Positions 1 through 33,555 of a stretch of DNA of 33,555 bases are shown here, in pieces. The notes under the pieces are model-generated. The model saw only the letters and a list, made by a program, of their open reading frames with translations, was not told the DNA's origin and searched no databases. Made by a program: the position numbers and the translations under genes. This DNA comes from Octopus bimaculoides (taxonomy: Eukaryota). How positions within the stretch are numbered: position 1 is the stretch's first letter; every line of letters starts with the position of its first letter. The stretch spans positions 80,332,054-80,365,608 of the forward strand of contig NC_068986.1 in assembly GCF_001194135.2 (NCBI RefSeq), written 5' to 3'.

Positions 1-94
1 AGAGAGAGAGAGAGAGAGAGAAATGAAATTTATCATTCAGTTTATTTATTTATTATGTATATATGTATGAATGGTTGTTTTAATCGATTTTCTC

Positions 95-257
95 TGAAAG
101 TATGGGGGCTAGGAAAAAAATAGAAAGCGCGTTCCAATCTATGCACCCGTCTCCACATGTGTGTCATTTTTCACGCGAATCCACCCAGCCGTTTGGCCGT
201 GAACCTCAAGACAAGAAAGAATACAACGGTCGGCCAACTTCAATTTATATTATAGAT
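95..257 (+). mobile_element. Possible non-autonomous Helitron/Helentron-like 3' remnant
   Basis: Contains cagccgtttggccgtg and ends in tttatattatagat, resembling Lep1/DINE-1-type element ends. Pattern recognition only. Confidence 0.3.
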
Positions 258-536
258 ATATATATCTGTCTGTCAAATTATATATTTATCCATGAGCATA
301 CCAATACAAACAACAGTATAAGAGTGCGTCTCCCGGTTAGTCCGACCGTCTCTCTGTCATCATTATCCTCATCAGTAACACTCTGTAATCATCATTATCA
401 TTACGACTACCACAACCACCGACTGTATACGTATTGTATTAACTACGTCGGCATACAAATTATCGCCTACAAGTCTCAAACATTGTGTTATCTACAAATC
501 ACAGTTTCATCTAAGATGTGTGGAAAGATTACTTAC

Positions 537-23243
<22,707 letters not shown>

Positions 23244-23552
23244 CTGCAGGATAAAAAAAAACACGGTAGTGCGAATATAGAGTTTGTACAGATGAATGTC
23301 TTGCAAACAGAACAAAACGAGATTAGTTGTTATTGGTTATAATGCTTAACCGCACCGCGCCGTGGGATCAGAGAAGACAGACGGCTAGAGAGATGCACAA
23401 ATACATTGACATATAGACAGAGAGACAGGGATAGAAATAGAGAGAGAGAGAGNNNNNNNNNNNNNNNNNNNNNNNNNNNNNNNNNNNNNNNNNNNNNNNN
23501 NNNNNNNNNNNNNNNNNNNNNNNNNNNNNNNNNNNNNNNNNNNNNNNNNNNN

Positions 23553-24000
23553 CTCCCAATCTATAAAATTGTTCTACTCCAACATCGCCGGAGTTATCCG
23601 ACATCTTAAAAAGAAACTCAGAAAACCACAACCAGATCACCCCCATCCTAATAATTTAACATCATCATAACCCCCAGATCCATACATATAAACCCAAAAC
23701 ACCAACTGGCTCTCTTAACAACACTAACCGTCATAATTCCAACTATATAATTCCATTACTAACATCCGATCCGTAAATTTACCAAGACGCCCAACTATGC
23801 TTCTTGTAAAAATAGAGAATGACACAGACGATATCACCGGGCACGATAATTATCATATCATACAACCCCGCAACACCACTCTCAACTCTCTAGCAAATAC
23901 TAATCTTAACACCAAAATGCACTTCTACTACTTCATACTGCAAACATGCTGACCGCACACAATATATACTCCTTAATTGATAGCTAGTAGTAGCCGCCAC
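23553..24000 (+). mobile_element. Possible degraded Penelope-like linker/3' fragment
   Basis: IKLFYSNIAGVIRHL resembles the KxSYSxxxNxxxII linker, followed by SCKNRE and SYCKH remnants. Weak. Confidence 0.35.
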
Positions 24001-24989
24001 GATTCTTGCCTATTCTATCTTACTTTCTTCATGCTTACTTTTTCTCCCTCTTAACCAAAAATATTTCCCCACCCTCTCCCCTCCACATTATCTTTTTTTC
24101 AAATACCACTCCCCTTACTAATTTCTGTGATTCGACCAAAATAACCCTATTTAATACTACGGGTCAAATGACCTTACTTCCTCTTTCTTCTCACTTACTT
24201 ATATTTTTTTCTTTTTCCTTCTTTTAAACCTAATTTCTCTACATTTATATTCTCCACTACTGCTGGGCTCTCTACACATTCTGATTGAATCTTCAATGTG
24301 TTAACATGTACCTCCTTGCGACAATGTAAAATTTCATTTAATCAAGATATCCTTGGCATGCACCTCGCTTGGATATTTACCACTTCCGAGGTTCTGCTCG
24401 CTATGAAACATATGTAGTCCGGATCTTATCTACTCCATCCCTTAACTCTGGTACATNNNNNNNNNNNNNNNNNNNNNNNNNNNNNNNNNNNNNNNNNNNN
24501 NNNNNNNNNNNNNNNNNNNNNNNNNNNNNNNNNNNNNNNNNNNNNNNNNNNNNNNNNNNNNNNNNNNNNNNNNNNNNNNNNNNNNNNNNNNNNNNNNNNN
24601 NNNNNNNNNNNNNNNNNNNNNNNNNNNNNNNNNNNNNNNNNNNNNNNNNNNNNNNNNNNNNNNNNNNNNNNNNNNNNNNNNNNNNNNNNNNNNNNNNNNN
24701 NNNNNNNNNNNNNNNNNNNNNNNNNNNNNNNNNNNNNNNNNNNNNNNNNNNNNAAATAAAAACCTATTTTAAGCTTACAAGCAAATAATTTTTATTTTTT
24801 AATACAGTACAGTAAAAACAAAAAGTAATCTAGATTTACGAATACAATTTGGTGGTGTTTACCGTACATCGCGAACGCTTTATTTATGAATGCGGTTTGC
24901 AATAAGACATGGTAAAATAAAAGCCTTTTTTAAGCTTAAAAAATAAATTCAGTAATTATTATTATTTTGCAATAGTAAAAAAAAAGAAA

Positions 24990-25640
24990 ACTAAATTATT
25001 TTAAATTTACCAATACGTACATACAATTTAGTGGTTTACATCGCAGATGTAGATGGCTGTGGTTCATCAACGTCAACAGCTGTTCTTGTTCGATGCGCTT
25101 AAAAAACCGGTTGAGAGTTCTTTGAACTGTCTTCTTTTCCCCAAGGATTACATTATTAGGAGCAATAGCTTCGGGACAAGCCCCCATAATCTTGGAAAAA
25201 CGTTGAGCATTTGGATCCATATCGTCGAACATAGAAAGACCTTATATGCAAATGCTTGCTGCATTTTTTTAATAGTAAAGTGAAGTGGTTCAGATTCGAA
25301 TTCCTCTTCTTTATTTTGCTGCTCGTGAAGCTCCATCAAATCCTCGTTTGTCAGGGGCTGCTTGTCTTTTTCAAATAAATCTGTGAAATCCTCCTCCGCC
25401 AAATCCATTTCCAGTTCTTTGCTCGTAGTCACCAACGTTTTGTTGATGGCAACATTATCAAACCCCTTAAAGTCATTCACGAATTGCGGGCATAGCTTCT
25501 TCCATACACCATCTATAGCCTTGCTTTGTACAGCATTCCATGCCGCTGGTGTTCTGTACAGCCTTGTAGATATCGTATCTCTTCCAACAGTCACGAAGTG
25601 TGATGGGCTCAGATAAAGTCACAAACGAATGAGAATGAGA
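24990..25640 (-). mobile_element. pogo/Tigger transposase C-terminal fragment
   Basis: TLRDCWKRYDI, AWNAVQSKAIDGVWKKLCPQFVNDFKGF, EDFTDLFEKDKQPLTNEDLMEL, FDDMDPNAQR, QRTLNRFFK. No DDE core seen. Confidence 0.85.
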
Positions 25641-26439
25641 AAGTAACCAATAAACAGACGTAAACAAATCTGCATTCAAAACAATCGCGGGAATCACGAG
25701 TGACAACGACGCCTAACGGTAGATATTGGAACAACGGTGCAATATGAGCTCCGAAAGACCGATAAATGAGACAACACAGCTGATCTCATGATTTCGTTCA
25801 CTAAGCTACACTACTTATGGTGTGTATCTTAACATTTACCGTACGTGTTTTAATATGATTTTATATTAAAATCATATTAATATAAAATGATTTTATATTA
25901 ATATGATTTATATAATATAAATCCTATATTATATAAATAATCTATATAATAAATCGTTTATATAATTTATGAATGATTTATTATTATGTAATCGGCTAAC
26001 CCCTCCCCTGAAATTTCAGGCTTTGTGCTTACAGTAAACAAGATTATTTAGTTGCCCCTCTTTATGTTCTAAATCCCATTTCCGACGAGGATTTATTCAT
26101 TAAGTGTCAGCAAAGTAAGTATTTGTTAAATTCTGGTTTCGATATAATCGTTTGTTATTTCCATCCAATATGTCTTGCATTGTTCCTATATCAATATAGT
26201 TTCTGTGATTAATATTTTAATTTTAGGGAGAAATTCAATATAATATCAATCAGACTAAATTGATCCCATTTTCTAAAGATACCTACCTCTCATGGAATCA
26301 AAGTCAGAACATAGCGTAGATCTCTCGTGATTCATGGTATCACGTAAAAAATAAGAACAGGAAACCTGAGGTTACAATGGTATGAAGCATCATCTTCGAG
26401 TAAAAAAATAAACTTTACTATGTGTTGAGGACATTCCTC

Positions 26440-26760
26440 TCGTTGTGTGTGTGCATGCATGTGTGTGTACGTATCTATGTGTGTATATAGAGACATATTT
26501 GTGTGTGTATGTGTATACGTATATATACACAGGCATATCATATGTATGTGTGTATATGCATTATACACACACACATATGTTTTATGTATATATGTATATG
26601 TGAGTGTTTGCGTTGAGGACATTTCTCTCATCGTGTGTATGTTTACGTATATATGTGTGTATATACATACATATCTCATGTATAATGTATATATATATAT
26701 ATATATATATACATTATACATATGCTTGTATATATATTTGTGTGTGTATGAGCGTATGAG
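26440..26760. repeat. TG/TA-rich low-complexity tract
   Basis: Seen directly. Confidence 0.85.
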
Positions 26761-27253
26761 TGTTTGGATGTGTCTAGGGAACAGCGTTTCATTTAGACTT
26801 ATATTATATGAACACGACGGTATTATATTTTTATCAATAATCTTTCATATATCCTTCAATTTTCCTTCGATCACTAAAGTTAGGACATTTCTAGACCTTA
26901 ATTGTTTTACATCAACTAGCTATTGTTACTGGGGTCGATGTAATCGACTTACTCTCTCCATCGAGAGAGTAAGTGCCAAAATCTGCAACCAATATTAATT
27001 CCTGGCAGAATCTTTAGCGTTCCAAGCGAAATGCTTAGCGGTATTTCGTCTGTCTTTACGTTCAGAATTCAGGTAGTGTGTAATAGCAGAGACCTATAAT
27101 CAAAATCATTCTTGCGTTAACCAGTTCATCCCTAAACCGAGTACATAAACGTCTCCAGCCATCAAAAATCCGACGGCTCCACGGCCGCAAACTCGGGTGC
27201 GGGCAACCACCAGACAATTTAATACAATGTAGTATTATAAAACAGGGGATGGA

Positions 27254-27470
27254 AGGCGGCGAGCTGGCAGAATCTTTAGCACGCCGGATCAAACTCTTAG
27301 CCGCATTTCTTCCGCCTCAACGTTCTGAGTTCAAATGTCGCTGAGGTCAACTTTGCTCTCCATCCTTTCGAGGTGGATAAAATAACTATCAGTTGAGTAC
27401 CGAGTTTGATGTAATCGATTTATCCCTTCCCTCGAAATTGGTGGCCTTGTGCCAAAATTTGAAGCCAACA
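27254..27470 (+). mobile_element. SINE family A copy (further fragments at ~25990-26040, 26905-26965, 27000-27075)
   Basis: aaggcggcgagctggcagaatctttagc head, gttcaaat, catcctttcgagg core, ggccttgtgccaaaatttgaa tail. Confidence 0.8.
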
Positions 27471-27889
27471 TAAAATAGGGGATGGTTATGGATTGAGCAC
27501 GTTCAATCGTAAAAGTTTTACTTAAGGGATGACCTTATGACAATATCTTATATATATATGTAAATTCTATGTGTCATCAAAATCTCGTACATACATTAAT
27601 TCTCACATTGATGCTACTACGACATTGAGGCAAGAAAAACATAAATTGGTTTAACCTTAAACTATAAATATTATTTTGTTATTTCTTTTTTTCTTTAGAA
27701 GAAATAAAATTTGTCATTTTATTAAACCTATTGAAGTTTAGAGCTGATTGTAATGACATCGGATATTCGCTGAGCGACAACCTTTTCCTGAAAACAACAC
27801 GTAAAATATATTGTGTACACAGTATGGTATTCAGCTAGGTCCGCAGCTAAACAACATTCATTTACATATATTCTAATTTTGTTGTATAT

Positions 27890-27955
27890 AATTTACCACC
27901 TACTTTTTTTGCTAAAAATTTATTACCACCTACTTTTTTGCTAAAAACTTATTAA
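27890..27955. repeat. ~32-bp direct duplication
   Basis: taccacctactttttt(t)gctaaaaa occurs twice. Confidence 0.8.
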
Positions 27956-28315
27956 AAACGTTAAATTATTCCGTTTAATAAGTCATTTACTACCTACCTT
28001 CTGTTGAAATTTTATATGAGTTTTGTAGCTGTTGTTATATGATTTGTTTTTATTCATGATAATTTCAAATTATTACTAAATAAATGCAATGCTAAAATTC
28101 GCGGTTAATGCAAAATTATTACTGAAAAAATAACAGATCATTTATTCGAAGCAACGAAGGCGGGAGACACTGCTCTGTCACTTGACACTATTATGTATAG
28201 CAGACAAATCACCTTTATGGACGCTTTGGATATACTATAACTGATAATAAAGACGAAACAAGTAATGCATTGTATACATATCAGAATGTGCCTGTTCATA
28301 TATGTGTGTGTGTGT

Positions 28316-28346
<31 letters not shown>

Positions 28347-28356
28347 CGTGCATATA

Positions 28357-28965
28357 AATGAAAAAAATTGGAGTCGACAAGAAAGAGTATGGCTGGACAT
28401 TTATTTTCAATCACTATAATTGTTTCTAAGTAACGTAGTTCTTCAGGTTACTGATTATGCAACCGTTTCCCTGCATTATGAAATCTGGTTGTGTTTCTTC
28501 AGGCGATATGTAAATACTCTCTCCGTAAGTTCAAATTTTCGGTTTCAAGAGCATCTTGTCTGGCTGCTGTGACCTGAAGTTAGTAGTAACCAGCAAGTTT
28601 TTCAATGTGTGTTATCAACGGTCCTCTAGTAACCACACACCTGTGTGTTGTTGCTGGAGGACCGTTGATAACACACCTTGGTAAATTCCGTGTTGCTGCT
28701 GGAAGGCCGTTGATAAATTCAGTAGCTGCTACTAACTTCACGATCACAGCAGACAGACGGGATGCTCTTGAAACCGAGAATTTGAACTGACGGAGACAAT
28801 ATTTACATATCGCCAGAGGAAACACAACCAGATCTCATTAATGCATGGAAACGGTTGCATAATCAAGTACTTGCACCCCTGGATAACTACGTTGCGTAGA
28901 AACAATTGTAGTGATTGAAAATAAGTATCCAACCGTACTCCTTGTTGGCTCCAATTTTTTTCAGT
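28357..28965. mobile_element. Fold-back / long-TIR MITE-like element (~610 bp imperfect palindrome)
   Basis: Arm ~28359-28590 is the reverse complement of ~28725-28963 (e.g. tgaaaaaaattggag / ctccaatttttttca; ttattttcaatcact; gattatgcaaccgtttcc; tcggtttcaagagcatc; tgaagttagtag). TA dinucleotides at both ends (28355-56, 28966-67). Confidence 0.85.
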
Positions 28966-29379
28966 TATCTATTCACACACGACAGAAACCCAAACACAAA
29001 CCCGGAACTACGTAAAATACTACTGCTGGATAGCACAGGATGAAATCTGAAGGTGGACGAGCTTTATATTGTACTCTACTACGTTCTTAACAGAATATTC
29101 CATAACTATGTATGCATATATGTGTGTGTGTATGTGTGTGTGTATATAGATATATATATGTAGGTATGTATACTATGATTTCGCTTAGATATAGGGATAC
29201 TAATAACCAGTTTCTAGAATTCAACATACTTATACATTAGAGTAAAGCGTTAGGCGAGTACAGAGCATAATATCAATTGATTAATGACAAAATAACAGCA
29301 ATCATGTAACCAAGTTCATTAGCATACATCTGTTTCTACTAATACTAGTAGTGCTGTCAGAATGTTGCACAAGCAGTCA

Positions 29380-30100
29380 GAGCACGGTGCTTATGCAACA
29401 TTCTATAGATTCCTCGAAGCTATTATAATAAAGAGTACGCTTATTCCGGAAATCATTTAAATATTTTTATGGTATAAAAAATATTTCTTATCCAAATATT
29501 GGTGAAATAGCTTTACTAGTTTAAGTAACAGTAGATTAAAGCAGACGGTTAGCTTTTGCGTTAACAAAGCATATATTATTTTAATGAAAAGGATACCTAA
29601 GCAAGTTAAAGATATTCCAATGGGTGGTATTTATTAGCGGATACATATTTAGCTTTATACCGAATGAAAATAATTGGTTGAGTTAAATAACTTGGTGGTT
29701 GCTGCAGATATATCGATATTTTTATTCTTAACTACAGTTATGCTGAATATTTACTTGGGAAAATAAATCCCAAAAATCTCGCGGTATATAGAAACGGTGA
29801 CTCAGTAAATGAGCCACCATTTCTATTCTATTGAGGTACGTAAAATAAATTGTGAGATAAAATGGTTGTCACTAGTATTTAAAATAAAATTGATAACTTT
29901 ACGTTTTGTATACCATCCTTACACTGAGTCCTATGTAGAACTCCTCAAAGAGTAGGATATAGTGTACTCCCCAGTCAAGTTATTAGATACAGTAGAATTA
30001 TGTATTTTAGGAAAGAATTTTAAAAAAGGTTGATGATGCTTGTGGAAAAATAAAATTACGTTAGGAAAATATTAGTTAAATGTTTCAAATGTTACTAGTG
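29380..30100 (+). mobile_element. Degraded Penelope-like RT fragment of a second lineage (RYIDD type)
   Basis: KQVKDIPMGG (GIPMG motif), CRYIDIFILN (RYIDD with one D lost) and GYSVLPSQVIRYSRI (SQLIRYxRI motif) in shifting frames. Confidence 0.65.
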
Positions 30101-30323
30101 AAGAGACCGAGAAATTTTAAGAATTTTTGGAAATATTTTTAGTTTATAACTTGACATAGATCTACGAAATGATTAGTTTTATTTAATGTTGTAATGTCAT
30201 TATTTCACAGTTTATCGACAGGTGTTGGAGTGAGATAGGCAAGCGAGTTTATAAATGATAGGAAAGCTTGGATAGTGTTTGTGGACGGATGAATAAATTG
30301 ATGTTGCTCAAAGGGGTACGGGA

Positions 30324-30871
30324 CCAGCATGATGCGGCGGGGGTAAACCAGCATGATGCGGCGGGGGTAAACCAGCATGATGTGGCGGGGGTAAACCAGC
30401 ATATGCTGTCGGATCCCGCTGCTGATATCGGTGATTGCGTTCTATGCCNNNNNNNNNNNNNNNNNNNNNNNNNNNNNNNNNNNNNNNNNNNNNNNNNNNN
30501 NNNNNNNNNNNNNNNNNNNNNNNNNNNNNNNNNNNNNNNNNNNNNNNNNNNNNNNNNNNNNNNNNNNNNNNNNNNNNNNNNNNNNNNNNNNNNNNNNNNN
30601 NNNNNNNNNNNNNNNNNNNNNNNNNNNNNNNNNNNNNNNNNNNNNNNNNNNNNNNNNNNNNNNNNNNNNNNNNNNNNNNNNNNNNNNNNNNNNNNNNNNN
30701 NNNNNNNNNNNNNNNNNNNNNNNNNNNNNNNNNNNNNNNNNNNNNNNNNNNNNNNNNNNNNNNNNNNNNNNNNGCATGATGCGGCGGGGGTAAACCAGCA
30801 TGATGCGGCGGGGGTAAACCAGCATATGCTGTCGGATCCCGCTGCTGATATCGGGGATTGCGTTCTATGCC
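30324..30871. repeat. 24-bp G-rich tandem repeat inside a 98-bp block present on both sides of an N gap
   Basis: Unit ccagcatgatgcggcgggggtaaa; 30351-30448 matches 30774-30871 except for two substitutions. Confidence 0.85.
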
Positions 30872-31423
30872 TTGACCCGCGCTTAGGACGGGGTTCGCCT
30901 CTTTGAGCTGAGAAATGAATTGAATGCTTGGTGTGTGTCTTGTTGCGACTACCCCCTCCTAAAAAAATGGGGAATAGGCCTGGGTATAGATATAATAATT
31001 TAAAGTTCTATAATTGTTGGCGTGGGTATGTCCATTTTGAGGGAATTTTCTGTTTTCTGTAGTAATTTTTAAAAGTTTCAACGCCTAGAAGCTCTGGGCA
31101 TGAGACGATTTATGCTTGAAATTTAATGAGGCTTGTATTTGTGACAATACACAGGTGAATATGTAATGGATATTACACAAATGTTTCGCTCATGCTTCTT
31201 CTCCAGAAAAATATCTTGACAACCTTTAAGTCCCTAACGCTGTTGATATCACCGGATTGAATGGTGCTCAAAACCATTAAATCTGTTAGGCAGCTGATGA
31301 TGGATATAAACGTTTTATGGGCCTGTTGACTGTCAACCTTTTGTTGTTTGTTTCATCGTGGTTTGAATTTTCTTTTTCTTTAGCAGAGCCTAAACAAATG
31401 TAACTTCTCATACACAACGTTTT

Positions 31424-31456
<33 letters not shown>

Positions 31457-33299
31457 CAATCTCACACAAAAAACTTCCTCATATATACAGATCTAATATT
31501 TGAAACCAGTGAAATTATGAATATTTTTTTTTTTTTTTGTTTTTTTTCATTTCATTGAAAGGAATATAAACATAAAAAGCTTGAAGCTTACCGAGGTTGC
31601 AAGAGATTTGAATGAATTACCAACCTGGATGAAGAATACAATTGATGTTGCCCAGAACAAAAACCTTCTCTANNNNNNNNNNNNNNNNNNNNNNNNNNNN
31701 NNNNNNNNNNNNNNNNNNNNNNNNNNNNNNNNNNNNNNNNNNNNNNNNNNNNNNNNNNNNNNNNNNNNNNNNNNNNNNNNNNNNNNNNNNNNNNNNNNNN
31801 NNNNNNNNNNNNNNNNNNNNNNNNNNNNNNNNNNNNNNNNNNNNNNNNNNNNNNNNNNNNNNNNNNNNNNNNNNNNNNNNNNNNNNNNNNNNNNNNNNNN
31901 NNNNNNNNNNNNNNNNNNNNNNNNNNNNNNNNNNNNNNNNNNNNNNNNNNNNNNNNNNNNNNNNNNNNNNNNNNNNNNNNNNNNNNNNNNNNNNNNNNNN
32001 NNNNNNNNNNNNNNNNNNNNNNNNNNNNNNNNNNNNNNNNNNNNNNNNNNNNNNNNNNNNNNNNNNNNNNNNNNNNNNNNNNNNNNNNNNNNNNNNNNNN
32101 NNNNNNNNNNNNNNNNNNNNNNNNNNNNNNNNNNNNNNNNNNNNNNNNNNNNNNNNNNNNNNNNNNNNNNNNNNNNNNNNNNNNNNNNNNNNNNNNNNNN
32201 NNNNNNNNNNNNNNNNNNNNNNNNNNNNNNNNNNNNNNNNNNNNNNNNNNNNNNNNNNNNNNNNNNNNNNNNNNNNNNNNNNNNNNNNNNNNNNNNNNNN
32301 NNNNNNNNNNNNNNNNNNNNNNNNNNNNNNNNNNNNNNNNNNNNNNNNNNNNNNNNNNNNNNNNNNNNNNNNNNNNNNNNNNNNNNNNNNNNNNNNNNNN
32401 NNNNNNNNNNNNNNNNNNNNNNNNNNNNNNNNNNNNNNNNNNNNNNNNNNNNNNNNNNNNNNNNNNNNNNNNNNNNNNNNNNNNNNNNNNNNNNNNNNNN
32501 NNNNNNNNNNNNNNNNNNNNNNNNNNNNNNNNNNNNNNNNNNNNNNNNNNNNNNNNNNNNNNNNNNNNNNNNNNNNNNNNNNNNNNNNNNNNNNNNNNNN
32601 NNNNNNNNNNNNNNNNNNNNNNNNNNNNNNNNNNNNNNNNNNNNNNNNNNNNNNNNNNNNGTTAGGTTTAGGGAAAACGAACACACGTGTGTTGCCTCTG
32701 CAAAATGTCAGAAGTAATGGAGATTAAATACGCTTTACACTGCTGAAAGTGCCAAAGGAGTAAGTGTAAACAGCTGAATACTTGTCAGTGATTGGTTGAA
32801 ATTATCGAAATAAGACAATTTTTTACATGAAATAAATCCGAATACAAAAATTTTTTTCTGTTCTATAACACAAAATAGATAAGTATACGAAGTTTGAAAG
32901 TCTTTCGGTACCAAAAACACTACATAAAACATAAATGAAAACTGGTGCCCCCGTTTTGAACAAGATCCTGTTCCTCTTTCTACGTTTCTATAGTGTAACA
33001 GAAAGATAGATATCAGCAAATATAAGGAGTCATGTGATTTAGCATTCCTTGCATCTCTGCTACACACACACACACACACACACGCACATGTATATACTTG
33101 ATTCATATATGTTTTGAGCACAGAATATTCCTTCTTACTCGTTGTGTAACGATAAATAATTGACAGTTTCTGATATTTAGAGATACAACATTAGTTTAAT
33201 GAAGATATGTAACAAAGACAAACACCTCTGGTAAATGATTGCAAAAAAAGTAATGGACCAGGCCCTATTACCGTAAACCGAATACGCTATTTTGTTCCT

Positions 33300-33534
<235 letters not shown>

Positions 33535-33555
33535 TGTTTCTTTATTAGCCACACA

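Noticed and set aside
26332-26400. CNLRFPVL resembling SLC6 TM1 GNVWRFPY
   Set aside because: Lacks W and flanking GLG/NGGG residues; no suitable splice sites; embedded next to low-complexity sequence.

Overview
Eukaryotic, AT-rich, repeat-dense draft-assembly window with many N gaps. The tRNA-derived SINE families and microsatellite load look like octopus/coleoid cephalopod DNA (inference). The main content is one spliced gene on the minus strand: a sodium:neurotransmitter symporter (SLC6/NSS family, amino-acid/glycine-proline-transporter-like). I traced 10 consecutive coding exons by hand (23243->537; 277,133,135,104,125,113,132,100,101,171 nt). All have GT-AG boundaries, compatible phases and no stop across about 463 codons covering TM3-TM12. 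The TM1-TM2 exons and the last exon were not found in the readable sequence. The protein looks intact but has unusual residues at gate, ion and substrate positions: TM6 [10 protein letters not shown] instead of QIFFSLG, TM7 Asp for the Na1/Cl-site Asn, and TM8 His/Gln. The introns and flank hold mariner, maT (DD37D), pogo/Tigger and Penelope-like fragments, a mariner-type MITE, a ~600-bp fold-back element with a nested hairpin, many SINEs (including a dimer with one TSD and serial same-site insertions), a 52-bp satellite, minisatellites and microsatellites. No prokaryotic features, CRISPR, rRNA or true tRNA genes were seen. Most long ORFs in the supplied track are N-gap or microsatellite artefacts.
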